Assembly: GCA_043816965.1 (NCBI GenBank)
Contig: JBDRHK010000076.1
Span: 1-28,915, forward strand
Source: Candidatus Iainarchaeum sp.
GTDB taxonomy: Archaea > Iainarchaeota > Iainarchaeia > Iainarchaeales > JAFCCJ01
DNA length: 28,915 nt
Direction of reading: 5' to 3'
In this document: positions 1 through 9,169 of the stretch, piece by piece
How positions within the stretch are numbered: the stretch's first letter is position 1
Layout: each line of letters begins with the position of its first letter
The notes under the pieces: model-generated
Told to the model about the DNA's origin: nothing
What the model saw: only the letters and a program-made list of their open reading frames with translations
Database searches by the model: none
Translations under genes and position numbers: made by a program

Positions 1-317
1 ACTGCAGCAATGACCCACAAATCCGCCGCAGTTGTCAGGCCCTTTATGTGGTCGTCAGAGCGGAAAATCGCCCCCGCACCCAGAAAGCCAATTCCAGTTA
101 CAATTCCTGCGGCAATTCTTGCAGGGTCTGAAGTGGCCATAAAACTCATTGAGATGATTGTGAAAAGGGTTGCGCCAACGCAGACAAGGACATGTGTCCT
201 CAATCCGGCAGGCCTTCCCTTCAGCTCCCTGTCAAGACCTATAAGCCCGCCAAGAATAACTGCAAGAATGAGCTTAAGGATTAATTCTGGCTCCGGAAGC
301 AATTCAATAGGCACCAT
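1..317 (-). CDS. MgtC/SapB family membrane protein (3' end truncated by window edge)
   Basis: Manual translation from ATG at 317: MVPIELLPEPELILKLILAVILGGLIGLDRELKGRPAGLRTHVLVCVGATLF...DPARIAAGIVTGIGFLGAGAIF...IKGLTTAADLW. AGLRTH, GIGFLGAG and GLTTAA are hallmark MgtC motifs. Confidence 0.92.
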   Translation of the reverse strand, partial: MVPIELLPEPELILKLILAVILGGLIGLDRELKGRPAGLRTHVLVCVGATLFTIISMSFMATSDPARIAAGIVTGIGFLGAGAIFRSDDHIKGLTTAADLWVIAA

Positions 318-326
318 TTAAACCGT

Positions 327-634
327 AAAATAAATGGAATTGAAATTAATAAGGCTTTTGGTCAAGCAGTTGCGGTTGCAATTGCAATCCTGCTCCTAAT
401 GCTGGTTGATGTCGCCGCACTTATGCTTTCCTCACCTGAAATGATTCAGTCACAGATGTGGACAAGGCAGGTGAATTCGGGGCATCTTACTTACAGGATA
501 TGACTGTTGATGAATTCAAATCAGTTGTGCTTATTTCCTCCCTGGTTGGGGGGATTCTTATAGGTGCGATATACTTCGCGCTTGGGATAATAGGGGCATT
601 AGCCGGAAGATTTATTGCCCTTAGAAGGCTTTGA
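327..634 (+). pseudogene. Possible truncated/frameshifted small membrane-protein gene remnant
   Basis: Two hydrophobic reading frames join by a frameshift near 445-460: KINGIEINKAFGQAVAVAIAILLLMLVDVAALMLSSPEMIQSQ and DVDKAGEFGASYLQDMTVDEFKSVVLISSLVGGILIGAIYFALGIIGALAGRFIALRRL* (TGA 632-634). No start codon lies ahead of the first hydrophobic helix. Confidence 0.35.
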
Positions 635-3115
635 TTTTTTAGCTTTCTTCCTTTCCTGTTCGCTTACTTCCTTCGCAATTTGTGAGATTGTTTTTGATTT
701 GCTTTTCGCTTTTGCCGGTTTAAGGTCTTTCTTTGGCAGGAGTTTTTTCTTGCCTGGCAGGTGTTTTTTCTTCCTTGGCAGGGTTTTTTCCCTGTTTTCA
801 TGAGCCAATTTAATCAATTTTTCCTTCTCAATCGCCATTTCAAGCTTCTCCCCCTTCAGTTCCTTCCCAATTTCATTAATCATCAGGGCATAGCGTTCCT
901 TCATGTCGCGGTATTCCCCTTTCTCAATCAGCCCCTCCAGAAAGTGCTTCTCAAGCTCCTGCAGCTTAAATTCCCATCCTGCCAGTTCTGCCCTTAGCCT
1001 GTCAATCTCAAAAACATGCTCGGTCCTGTGTTTTAAGAGACCCTCCAGCTTTTTCAATTCCTCATCGTAAAGGGCGGACATCTCACTATGCTTCTCAATT
1101 GTTACCCTTCCAATAGCATATCCCTCATCTGTTTTTCTTTTCAGCTCCTTAACCCTCGCAATTTCAGAGGCAAGGGAATAATGCCTCCTGAAATCATCCT
1201 TTCCAAAGAAAATCTTCCAGATGAAGAAGAAAAGGACAATTGTGAATATCATTACCGCAAGAAATATTCCGCCAAAAATCAGGAGAATTGTGTCAGGGTC
1301 ACCCATAATGTCGCCCTGGCGCCTTACATTATTCTCAATAATAAATTCTGATGAGGGGACTCCCTCATAGTATTCATACATGTCATCAGAAACCTCGAGC
1401 ACTGCCTCTGCCAAAAAGGCAAGGTCAATGCCGCTTTTCAGGGAATTAACCGCATTGGACCCATATCCCTGTTCACTGTAGAAATCCGCCGACTCAAGGA
1501 AATACTTTGCATGGTCAAGGTAAAGCCTTGCCCAGATATATTCCCTTTCACTTGCGGAAATATTCGCATCTATTGCCGCAATTTTCTGGTTAAGGATTAG
1601 GTAAAGGCTGTTAAGGTCCGCATCCCTTGTCTGGATTTCTGACGATACCAAAGCAAATGAAGAGGCTGCATCAAATGTTGATGCAAGGTACCATCCCATT
1701 TCCTTTTCGGCCTTTGCTGCATTGAGCCTCCTCAAAATATCCTCCTGATCGCCATCTATGATTGTAAGGCCGTTTTCAGATTCCCTAATCAAATCATCCA
1801 TATAAACCTCAAAAACATTGTTGGGCAGGACTTTCTTATTCGAGTCCCTTGAAAAGCCATAAAACCTGTTTGAGATAGTGTACCATTCCCTTGCAAACTC
1901 ATATTTCTCTATGCGCGCAAATGCCTCGGCATAATCGATGCCACCCCCCCCAACCACAACAGTCCGGGTGTTAAGCAATTCATCCACAGATGCCTCGGCA
2001 TATGTCAGCCTCTGCTTTGCGGCGATGTGCCACTCCAGCTTATCTGTCGGAATTGATTCATCCAGGTCATCTTTGAGATCCAGGATGTTCTGCTTAAGGA
2101 TTGTGATTTTTGACTCGAAGAAACTTGAATCAGGGGAAACTATTGAGGGATTATCTGAAATGTCCTTCACAAACATTGCGTTTACCTTTGCGAGAAAAGC
2201 GTAGTTTGCCGCACTGTAGAGATAATTCTGGTCGTCCAGAAGCTGTGCTTCCTCCAAGGTCTTTTCGGAATTGTTCAGGCTTTTAAGCAGGACATTGATA
2301 AGTTCAGTGTCATCCAAAAGTGTGGTGGAAACCGAATTCCTTGCCTCCTGAACCCATTGATTAGCTTCAAGCAGGTAGGTTCTATTCAGGTTTTTCAGCG
2401 GCATCAGGTTTTCTGGAAACGAAATAGGGTCAGGAATATAGCTTGGGATGAAATCATCATCACCTTGAGTAACCTCAATATCCCCTATGTCTGAATGGGC
2501 CAGCTCCAGCAACTGGTCTATGTTTTTAACCTCGACTATTTTCATCCCCCATTCTTTGGGGCCATATTCAATAAGGTTAATGCTTTCAACAGTATTCCCG
2601 TTCTTTACCGTCTGGTTTGCTTCCCCCTCAGGAATCATGAACAATTTTATTCCCTGCCTTGCCGCCTCCTTCGCCTTCTCAAACACCCCCCCCACAGGGC
2701 CGACAAAACCATCAGGAGTTATTGTGCCGGTAACACTTACATTTTTCGGGACATTCCTGCCCTGAAGCAGAGAAATTGTAAGCAGAGTCATTGCCGAACC
2801 CGCACTCGGCCCTTCCACAACAGAAGCATCTGAAATTATGTGGAATTTGTAATCATAATTGCCGGCTTCGGTGGAATAGTTTCTCGCAATCCTTACCGCT
2901 TCCCTCTCAGCATTCTGGGTTGTGGTTCCAACAAGGGGGGTTATGGCACTGTATACATTGCCATCTCCTGGTTCAATCTCAAGAATTAAGGTGGCCGATA
3001 ACCCCTCTCCCTGGGTTGTTACGGCAAAAATCTTCATGCTTCCATCAGATAGTACTGCCTGCACCTGTACGCTGATTAAAAGCAGAATAGCCAGCAGAAT
3101 AACCTGTTTTCTCAT
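599..3115 (-). CDS. Secreted/membrane-anchored S16 (Lon-type Ser-Lys dyad) serine protease, archaeal COG1750-like
   Basis: N-terminal signal peptide; VEGPSAG catalytic Ser motif; TGTI..DG.VGPVGGVFEK with the dyad Lys; no AAA+ domain; a transmembrane helix near residues 610-635; coiled-coil and Lys-rich tail. Confidence 0.85.
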   Translation of the reverse strand: MRKQVILLAILLLISVQVQAVLSDGSMKIFAVTTQGEGLSATLILEIEPGDGNVYSAITPLVGTTTQNAEREAVRIARNYSTEAGNYDYKFHIISDASVVEGPSAGSAMTLLTISLLQGRNVPKNVSVTGTITPDGFVGPVGGVFEKAKEAARQGIKLFMIPEGEANQTVKNGNTVESINLIEYGPKEWGMKIVEVKNIDQLLELAHSDIGDIEVTQGDDDFIPSYIPDPISFPENLMPLKNLNRTYLLEANQWVQEARNSVSTTLLDDTELINVLLKSLNNSEKTLEEAQLLDDQNYLYSAANYAFLAKVNAMFVKDISDNPSIVSPDSSFFESKITILKQNILDLKDDLDESIPTDKLEWHIAAKQRLTYAEASVDELLNTRTVVVGGGGIDYAEAFARIEKYEFAREWYTISNRFYGFSRDSNKKVLPNNVFEVYMDDLIRESENGLTIIDGDQEDILRRLNAAKAEKEMGWYLASTFDAASSFALVSSEIQTRDADLNSLYLILNQKIAAIDANISASEREYIWARLYLDHAKYFLESADFYSEQGYGSNAVNSLKSGIDLAFLAEAVLEVSDDMYEYYEGVPSSEFIIENNVRRQGDIMGDPDTILLIFGGIFLAVMIFTIVLFFFIWKIFFGKDDFRRHYSLASEIARVKELKRKTDEGYAIGRVTIEKHSEMSALYDEELKKLEGLLKHRTEHVFEIDRLRAELAGWEFKLQELEKHFLEGLIEKGEYRDMKERYALMINEIGKELKGEKLEMAIEKEKLIKLAHENREKTLPRKKKHLPGKKKLLPKKDLKPAKAKSKSKTISQIAKEVSEQERKKAKKSKPSKGNKSSG

Positions 3116-3211
3116 TCAATCGCCAAACCAAAAATAAGTTTTCAGTAAAACTATGCCTAAAGAGCTTTAAATAATTTTGGTAATGGGCAGGAAAAGAAAA
3201 AATAAGGGTGG

Positions 3212-3514
3212 TCAGCCAAAAAGGCTGGCCAATCCCTCGGCTGCTTCTTCCTGTGATTTTCCTTTTTCTTCAGGTTCTGCTGCTTTCTTTTCTGCTGCCG
3301 GATGCGCCCCTGCTGCAGGTGCTGCTGCGACTTGTGCAACTGATGCCTTTTCAATGGCTTCGTCTATATTGACGTCCTTGAGTGAGGCAACAAGTGCTTT
3401 TGCCCTTGCCGCATCAGCCTTTACTCCTGCCGCATCAAGGATTTTGGTGACTGATTCCTCAGTTACCTCCTTCCCTGCGGAGTGCAGTAGCATTGCGCTG
3501 TATACATACTCCAT
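3212..3514 (-). CDS. rpl12: 50S ribosomal protein P1/L12p (aP1)
   Basis: [11 protein letters not shown] start, Ala-rich hinge, GLASLFG C-terminus; follows rpl10. Confidence 0.97.
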   Translation of the reverse strand: MEYVYSAMLLHSAGKEVTEESVTKILDAAGVKADAARAKALVASLKDVNIDEAIEKASVAQVAAAPAAGAHPAAEKKAAEPEEKGKSQEEAAEGLASLFG

Positions 3515-3534
3515 ATTTTCACCTCATAATAATT

Positions 3535-4437
3535 TTAAGCGTCCTTTTTTTCCTCTTCTTTCTTTTCCTCAGCTACTTCTTTCTTTTCCTCAGCCGGTGC
3601 GCTCTCAGGAATCATTTCCTTAAGCGCGGATGCCTGCGCATTTGCCTTTGCAAGCAACAGGGGCATTGTTTCCTTGGTGAAAACATTCGCCTCCAAAGCA
3701 ACTGCCTTTGCATTGTTAAATGCCTTCTGCACAAGCAGTGGCGTGGTCCGGGGAGAAAAGTGCCTGATCTCCATTGCAAGGTTGAATGAACTTGCCTGTG
3801 CCTTCACAAACTTTCCAAACACCTCATCAATATCAATGTCCAGTACATCCTGCCTGAAAATCTCGCCATTCTCAAGTGCGGCAACAACATTCAGCCCGAC
3901 CTTTATTGGCTTTATGTCCAGTTTGGAAAGTGTTCCCGCAACCGCAGGGCTTACAACCTCGCCCTTATGGGTAACAATTTTATCCTCTGTAATTTCAATT
4001 GTTGCGCCAGCAATCTTAACCTTTAATCCTGCGGCCTTAAGGTCGCTGAGTGCCGGCCCTGGGGGCAGGCCTGTATCCCCTGCAAGTATAACTATGTCCT
4101 CAGGGGCAATCGCCCCTGCCTTTGCAGGGGCATTCCCCTTATTTTTCTTCAGGAAAGCATAAAGCTCAAAAGGGTTCATCTCGGTAAATATCAGCCCGCA
4201 TGAACCGTTTGCAAATTCTGATAGTTCCTTCTTTCCCGCATCTTCCATTGCCTTAATTATCACCCTTGTTTTGGAAACCTTAACAATCGCCTTTCCCTTC
4301 AGTTTCTTCCTTATGCCCTGAAACTGGGGCGCCGGGAAATTGCTTAAATCCGCAACAGCCACAACTGGCTGGTTTTTAATCAGTTCAGTGAGCTCTGCAA
4401 GCTCCTTCGTCTTCCAGGGGAGGGTGTGGGTCGTCAT
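3535..4437 (-). CDS. rpl10: 50S ribosomal protein L10/P0 (uL10)
   Basis: WK..., AKAGAIAPEDIVILAGDTGLPPGP motif, acidic tail; ATGA overlap with rpl1. Confidence 0.96.
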   Translation of the reverse strand: MTTHTLPWKTKELAELTELIKNQPVVAVADLSNFPAPQFQGIRKKLKGKAIVKVSKTRVIIKAMEDAGKKELSEFANGSCGLIFTEMNPFELYAFLKKNKGNAPAKAGAIAPEDIVILAGDTGLPPGPALSDLKAAGLKVKIAGATIEITEDKIVTHKGEVVSPAVAGTLSKLDIKPIKVGLNVVAALENGEIFRQDVLDIDIDEVFGKFVKAQASSFNLAMEIRHFSPRTTPLLVQKAFNNAKAVALEANVFTKETMPLLLAKANAQASALKEMIPESAPAEEKKEVAEEKKEEEKKDA

Positions 4438-5195
4438 TTCTTCTCCGCTCCTTCCTTAGCATCTTCTTTTGCCCCTTTTTTCGCCCCTTCCTTAACTCCT
4501 TCTTTTTTTTCACCGGCTTTTTCCACGCCTGCTTTAGGGGCTTCACCGACCTTTATTGGGGGGCCCATTGTAAGCTTTACAATTGTCGACTTTACATTGT
4601 GCTTCCTTGAGGGCAGGCCTGCCTCAACCGCGTTATAAACGGTCATAATGTTTTCGGAAAGTTCCTCATCGGAATTCGATTCCTTCCCCACCAAAATATG
4701 AATCAGGGGCATGAATCTCCCCTTTTTGTTTGTAATCTTTACAGAAGTGCTCATCTTTGAAACAGCACTTTCAAAAGCCGCAACACTTGTGGTAATCGGT
4801 TTTGGCATTTTTCCCTTGGGCGCCAGCTGCTGGCCCAAATACTTTCCAACAGTAAGGATTGCAGAACCTTCAGCCAATAAACCTGCATAATCCCTTACCA
4901 ATTCCTCAACATCCTTCTTTTTCATATTCGGGATGTCGTCTTCCATTATGATTTTTTCTGCTTTGCCCTTCAGCTGATGGGCAAATTGCTTGTCCCTAAC
5001 AAAAATAGCCACCTTTGCATTTGAGTCCTTTCCGACATTATGGGGCATGGTAACATCTACATCTATTCGATTTTCTGCCTTCTTAAAATCAATTCCCCTG
5101 AAATTTATGGTGAAGTCTACCGACTGGGGGAATTTCCTCTGCTTGCTTTCATCACGCATTCTCTGCAGTGCTACCAGTAATTTTTTCTTTTCCAT
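4434..5195 (-). CDS. rpl1: 50S ribosomal protein L1 (uL1)
   Basis: RKFPQSVDFTINF, LGQQLAPKGKMPKP and KLTMGPP motifs. Start moved to ATG 5195, which follows an AGGAGG Shine-Dalgarno. Confidence 0.96.
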   Translation of the reverse strand: MEKKKLLVALQRMRDESKQRKFPQSVDFTINFRGIDFKKAENRIDVDVTMPHNVGKDSNAKVAIFVRDKQFAHQLKGKAEKIIMEDDIPNMKKKDVEELVRDYAGLLAEGSAILTVGKYLGQQLAPKGKMPKPITTSVAAFESAVSKMSTSVKITNKKGRFMPLIHILVGKESNSDEELSENIMTVYNAVEAGLPSRKHNVKSTIVKLTMGPPIKVGEAPKAGVEKAGEKKEGVKEGAKKGAKEDAKEGAEKK

Positions 5196-5380
5196 TGGAA
5201 TGAACCTCCTGCTTAAAGCAGTCAAGCGGTTTAAAACTGCCCTAAAAGGGCAAGATTATGATAAATTATACCTTGGAAGGGTTTAAAAATCTTCTATTCG
5301 GGGCCTGTTTCGGAATGGGGCAAAAACAGCCATAAGAAACAAATATATATGACCTCGGCCTTATTTTTTTAAGTGATACT

Positions 5381-5749
5381 ATGCCTTTAAAACCAAAAAA
5401 GTTAAGAAAAATTAACCGGCCGGGGAATGAAAAATTCAATCCGGAAGTTCACATAGAAGATAGGGCAAACCCTAATGACCAATGGGTCGGGAGAAGGAAG
5501 CCGTTTGAACACTCTCACTGGATTGCTGGTGGAACGGATATTAAAATAATCAGGCACAAAGCCGGTGAATTTCCAGCAGACCTTGCAGGGCGCGATATAT
5601 TTTATGGGGAAAGAAAAGGGGAGGCCAATAAAGATGATGGGAAAAGAAAGGGGCCAGTGAATTCAACACAGATGGGCGAAGGAAGCCTAAATATTCGTAA
5701 GACAAGCAGAAGAGAAAAAAGGCATGACGGCAGCAAATATCCTGCGTAA
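5381..5749 (+). CDS. Hypothetical basic hydrophilic protein (122 aa), inserted antisense between rpl11 and rpl1
   Basis: ATG-initiated ORF filling the intergenic gap; TATA-like AATATATAT about 30 nt upstream; no recognisable domain. Confidence 0.6.
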   Translation: MPLKPKKLRKINRPGNEKFNPEVHIEDRANPNDQWVGRRKPFEHSHWIAGGTDIKIIRHKAGEFPADLAGRDIFYGERKGEANKDDGKRKGPVNSTQMGEGSLNIRKTSRREKRHDGSKYPA

Positions 5750-5787
5750 AATAAACAAAATAAAAAATAGTTTTCCTAAATGTTAAT

Positions 5788-6429
5788 TTAGTTTTTTGCT
5801 TCAGAAGATTCCTCTTCATTCTTCTCTTCGGCTTCAGCAGCCTCTTCCTCGTCATGCGGCTTCATGCCAATCGCTTCCTCAACAGCCTCAATCGCATCTT
5901 CCACAGCATCAACCACCTTATCGACAATGCTTTCCTTCTTCCCTTCTTTTCCTGAAGAGCCTAAAACCGAATCATAACTCCCTGCATCAATATCCTTCAT
6001 AACTTCTTTCGCCCTTTTACCCTCAACCTTAACTCCCATTGAATCACAGGTCCCGATAATTTCCTTTGAGGCGGCCTTAATATTTGTGGAGGTTAAATTA
6101 TCCACCTTCATTTCCGCAATCTTCTTTACCTGCTCCATTGAAAGATTTCCAACAAAATCAGCCTTTGGATTTCCTGTTCCCTTTTTCAGGTTAAGTTCCT
6201 TCTTAATAAGCGCGCTTGTCGGGGGGGAACCTACCTTAATCTCAAATTCCTTTGTTGAGGCGTCAACAACAACAGTCACTGGAACCTTCATTCCTGAGTA
6301 ACTTTTTGTCTTCTCATTAATCTTCGCAACAATCGCCCCGATATTCACTCCCAACGGGCCGAGCGCAGGGCCTAAAGGTGCGCCTGCAGTGGCCTTTCCA
6401 GCCTCAACTAATGCATTAACTTCTGGCAT
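5788..6429 (-). CDS. rpl11: 50S ribosomal protein L11 (uL11) with acidic C-terminal extension
   Basis: GKATAGAPLGPALGPLG, PPTSALIKKE and IIGTCDSMGV motifs; GGAGTGA RBS. Confidence 0.97.
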   Translation of the reverse strand: MPEVNALVEAGKATAGAPLGPALGPLGVNIGAIVAKINEKTKSYSGMKVPVTVVVDASTKEFEIKVGSPPTSALIKKELNLKKGTGNPKADFVGNLSMEQVKKIAEMKVDNLTSTNIKAASKEIIGTCDSMGVKVEGKRAKEVMKDIDAGSYDSVLGSSGKEGKKESIVDKVVDAVEDAIEAVEEAIGMKPHDEEEAAEAEEKNEEESSEAKN

Positions 6430-6445
6430 AAAATCACTCCCTGTT

Positions 6446-6886
6446 TTACTCCTTAATTATCCTGATATTTTCCGCGTGGATTGTAACTGGAATCTTCACC
6501 GCTGCCTCGAGCAGTTCAACCGTAACCTCTTCCTTGGTGTCATTAACCCTGATTACTTTTGCCTTCTCACCCTTGAATGGGCCTGAAATCAATTCCACTT
6601 TCTGGCCTGGCTTTATGCTTTTCATCAATGGCTTTGCCTCAAGCAGGGATGAGAGCTCCGCAATCTTAACTTCTCCCCCGACAATTCCCCTTCCCTTTAC
6701 ATGGGAGGTATTGGCAATTGCACGCCTTACTGTCATCTCATTATCTGCCTCAATCAGGATATATCCCTTAAGGCCAGGAATTACTGAAAGCGAGTAAATG
6801 TTAAGATCTTCCTTCTTGATTTTGTTGGCTAGAATATCAACTACCAAACTCTCCTGCCCGACTGTGGTTCTTATTGTAAAAATCAT
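6446..6886 (-). CDS. spt5: Transcription elongation factor Spt5 (NusG)
   Basis: NGN domain (RTTVGQE, KGYILIEA) plus KOW motif VELISGPFKGEKAKV. Confidence 0.97.
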   Translation of the reverse strand: MIFTIRTTVGQESLVVDILANKIKKEDLNIYSLSVIPGLKGYILIEADNEMTVRRAIANTSHVKGRGIVGGEVKIAELSSLLEAKPLMKSIKPGQKVELISGPFKGEKAKVIRVNDTKEEVTVELLEAAVKIPVTIHAENIRIIKE

Positions 6887-6980
6887 ACTTTCACCTAAGC
6901 GCCCGATAAAATAAAAAAAATAGAGCTAAAAAGCCTATTTCTATTAATGAATTGCTTCAAAAGGCTTTAAAAAGCTTATC

Positions 6981-7151
6981 TCAAATCCCAAAGAACTTGA
7001 AAACAAAGCTTATTATGAAACCAACCAATGCAATGAGTACAATGCCCAATCCGGTTATTTTCGCTATTGTCTGGAACTCATTCCAATCCGGCTTTTTGGA
7101 AACAATCATAACCCTTCTGGAAGACTGTATAAATTCACCTATATTGAACAT
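6981..7151 (-). CDS. secE: Protein translocase subunit SecE (Sec61 gamma), 56 aa
   Basis: Manual translation MFNIGEFIQSSRRVMIVSKKPDWNEFQTIAKITGLGIVLIALVGFIISFVFKFFGI*. It has the KKP..EF motif and one TM helix, and sits in the canonical position upstream of spt5. Missed by the ORF track. Confidence 0.95.
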   Translation of the reverse strand: MFNIGEFIQSSRRVMIVSKKPDWNEFQTIAKITGLGIVLIALVGFIISFVFKFFGI

Positions 7152-7203
7152 TGGATCACTTCAATAATTTAGCCAAAACAGGTTTATTAAGTTATTGGCG
7201 GGC

Positions 7204-8085
7204 TTAGGGGAAGTTCCTTATGAAGTAACTAGGCTCCCTTAATGCCCTAAGCAAATCAACCAGCTCATCCAGCTTTTCATCAGGAATCTTTTTGCCTGCC
7301 TTGGCCAGCGCCTTTCTAATTGCTATCTTAGTTATTGGTGCTCTACCTTCAATTGCAGGCATAATTATATCTGCTTTTATCTCCAGCTCTAACCCCGTAG
7401 CCTCCAGCACGGCTTTAACATATTTCTCGTTAATCACCAGTCCTTTATTAGGATTTAGCAATTCTACAACCCTGCCTTGTTTGTTATTATATGTTCCTAC
7501 TTTGTCGAACTGTCCTGCCTCCCTTACTCTTTTGTACATATCCCTCATTACAGCCCTTCTTCTCACAATCTCTTTTCGGAGCTGTTCTTTGCTTATTTTT
7601 GAAGATATTTCGCCACGGATACTAGGAGCCATGTAATAAAAGCTTTTCATATAGTTTTGGAGTAGAGCACGATCAAAGCCCGCATCATAAGCTGCCCTTA
7701 TGATTGTCTGTACCATTGCCTCGCTGGCTGTTTTGCCATGCTTCTTTTTGAACTCTCCAGCCAGTCTCCTGGTTAAGTCACGGTGCAAACCTTCCATTCC
7801 CTGGACTTCTACAATTCTCAGTGAAACTTTGTCAGTTTCTTTATCAGCCGCAATCCCTGCTGAAAAAAAAGGCCTTCCCTCGTGCTTTAAAAATATCTTG
7901 AAGTCACCAGAATTCTCAGATATAGGGTTAACCTCACAATCTAATCCCAATTCCTTTACCGCTTTTTTGAATTTTGAGGAAAATCTGTCGCCCCACCATT
8001 TCTGGCTGCGCACTCTGACCTGATTTATTCGCAGAGCTTTTAATTTTTTAGAAGACCATTTTTTTCTTTCTATCAGCCTAGGCAT
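7204..8085 (-). CDS. Hypothetical basic protein, paralog A of tandem pair (293 aa)
   Basis: Start at ATG 8085 (MPRLIERKKW). Shares blocks with the adjacent gene: SG.F.I.LK, I..VQG, FKK..GK, AAY..GFD, GQF.K, NEK.V, REP.Y..R.FP. Confidence 0.85.
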   Translation of the reverse strand: MPRLIERKKWSSKKLKALRINQVRVRSQKWWGDRFSSKFKKAVKELGLDCEVNPISENSGDFKIFLKHEGRPFFSAGIAADKETDKVSLRIVEVQGMEGLHRDLTRRLAGEFKKKHGKTASEAMVQTIIRAAYDAGFDRALLQNYMKSFYYMAPSIRGEISSKISKEQLRKEIVRRRAVMRDMYKRVREAGQFDKVGTYNNKQGRVVELLNPNKGLVINEKYVKAVLEATGLELEIKADIIMPAIEGRAPITKIAIRKALAKAGKKIPDEKLDELVDLLRALREPSYFIRNFP

Positions 8086-8122
8086 AATTAGTAGAATAAG
8101 CAATAACAAGAAAAAGCTAACA

Positions 8123-9085
8123 TTATGGGAATTCCCTAACCCAGTAGTCCGGCTCCCTAAAAGTGTTCAATAAATGCGAAAGCACCGAGATTTTGAACTT
8201 AGGTGGCTCGACGTTCAATTCCGCGAAGAATCTTTTTAGGGTTTTCTCAGTAATTGGTTTTCCGGACTTAACAAAGGGCATAAGTTTTGGCATAATTTTC
8301 CAGGGTTTGAGTATGTTTGAAACAGACAAGGCATATTCTACAAATTTTTCATTTAAGGAGGTGCTAATGGGAACTTCGGGATACTTACCTCTCTCATTGG
8401 TGAACTTTTCTTCTTTCCTCACCCATGCATAAAGGTTCCTCATTTTTTTGCGCGGCTTCATCTTATCCTCAAATTTGGGATGCTTGCCTCCGTCCTTGGT
8501 GAACTGTCCCTCCTCCTTAAGCCAGGCATACAAGTTCCTCATTCTTTTACGCGCATTCATCTTATCCTCAAATAACTTTTCCATACTGAACTTCTCGTCC
8601 TTCTTCCTTGAAGTGAATGAGGGGTTCCAGTAGTTCATGTTCTTTGCAATATTTACCAGAACAACACTGTCAAAACCAGTCTTGTATGCTGCATCAACAA
8701 TTGCCCTTATTAATGCTGCATTAGGGTGCTTCCCGGTGCTCTTTTTAAATGCTTTAGAATGTGCAGTGCCTCTTGGCGACCCAGCGCGATGAGATCCCTG
8801 CACTTGTTCAATTATTAGGGAAGCTGTGCCTTCTTCCACAATTACCCTTGCCCTAGCTTCGAGAAGATTTTTCCTGCCAAATTTCAGCATTATGTTAAAC
8901 CTACCGGAATTAGGCGACACATTAAATGCATGAGCCTTGCTTACCCTTGACCTATATGTTCCAGACAGGCTTTTGGCAAAGTCGGCCACCCAAGCACCGG
9001 AAGGCTTTGCACTTACCTTTTCCATGCGTCCCAGTTTTAGCGCGGCAATGTTTCGCTTATCTCTCTTCAGCCTTGACCTACCCAT
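8123..9085 (-). CDS. Hypothetical basic protein, paralog B of tandem pair (320 aa) with internal 33-aa duplication
   Basis: Start at ATG 9085 (MGRSRLKRDKR), which avoids overlap with the divergent gene; end-to-end similarity to 7204..8085. Confidence 0.85.
   Translation of the reverse strand: MGRSRLKRDKRNIAALKLGRMEKVSAKPSGAWVADFAKSLSGTYRSRVSKAHAFNVSPNSGRFNIMLKFGRKNLLEARARVIVEEGTASLIIEQVQGSHRAGSPRGTAHSKAFKKSTGKHPNAALIRAIVDAAYKTGFDSVVLVNIAKNMNYWNPSFTSRKKDEKFSMEKLFEDKMNARKRMRNLYAWLKEEGQFTKDGGKHPKFEDKMKPRKKMRNLYAWVRKEEKFTNERGKYPEVPISTSLNEKFVEYALSVSNILKPWKIMPKLMPFVKSGKPITEKTLKRFFAELNVEPPKFKISVLSHLLNTFREPDYWVREFP
8375..8572 (-). repeat. Two imperfect tandem 99-nt (33-aa) repeats inside paralog B
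   Basis: FEDKMNARKRMRNLYAWLKEEGQFTKDGGKHPK / FEDKMKPRKKMRNLYAWVRKEEKFTNERGKYPE. The DNA word ttcatcttatcctcaaa ends at both 8473 and 8572. Confidence 0.93.
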
Positions 9086-9169
9086 ATCTAAGAAAATGTC
9101 GGTAATATAGAAAAAGGTTGTTATCAGCCGACGGATAATAATATAAGGCGCAGAGCAGTTAATATATTC

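Noticed and set aside
10..321. 103-aa plus-strand ORF
   Set aside because: Antisense shadow of the MgtC/SapB gene, which has clear family motifs on the minus strand.
6952..7167. 71-aa plus-strand ORF
   Set aside because: Antisense shadow of secE.
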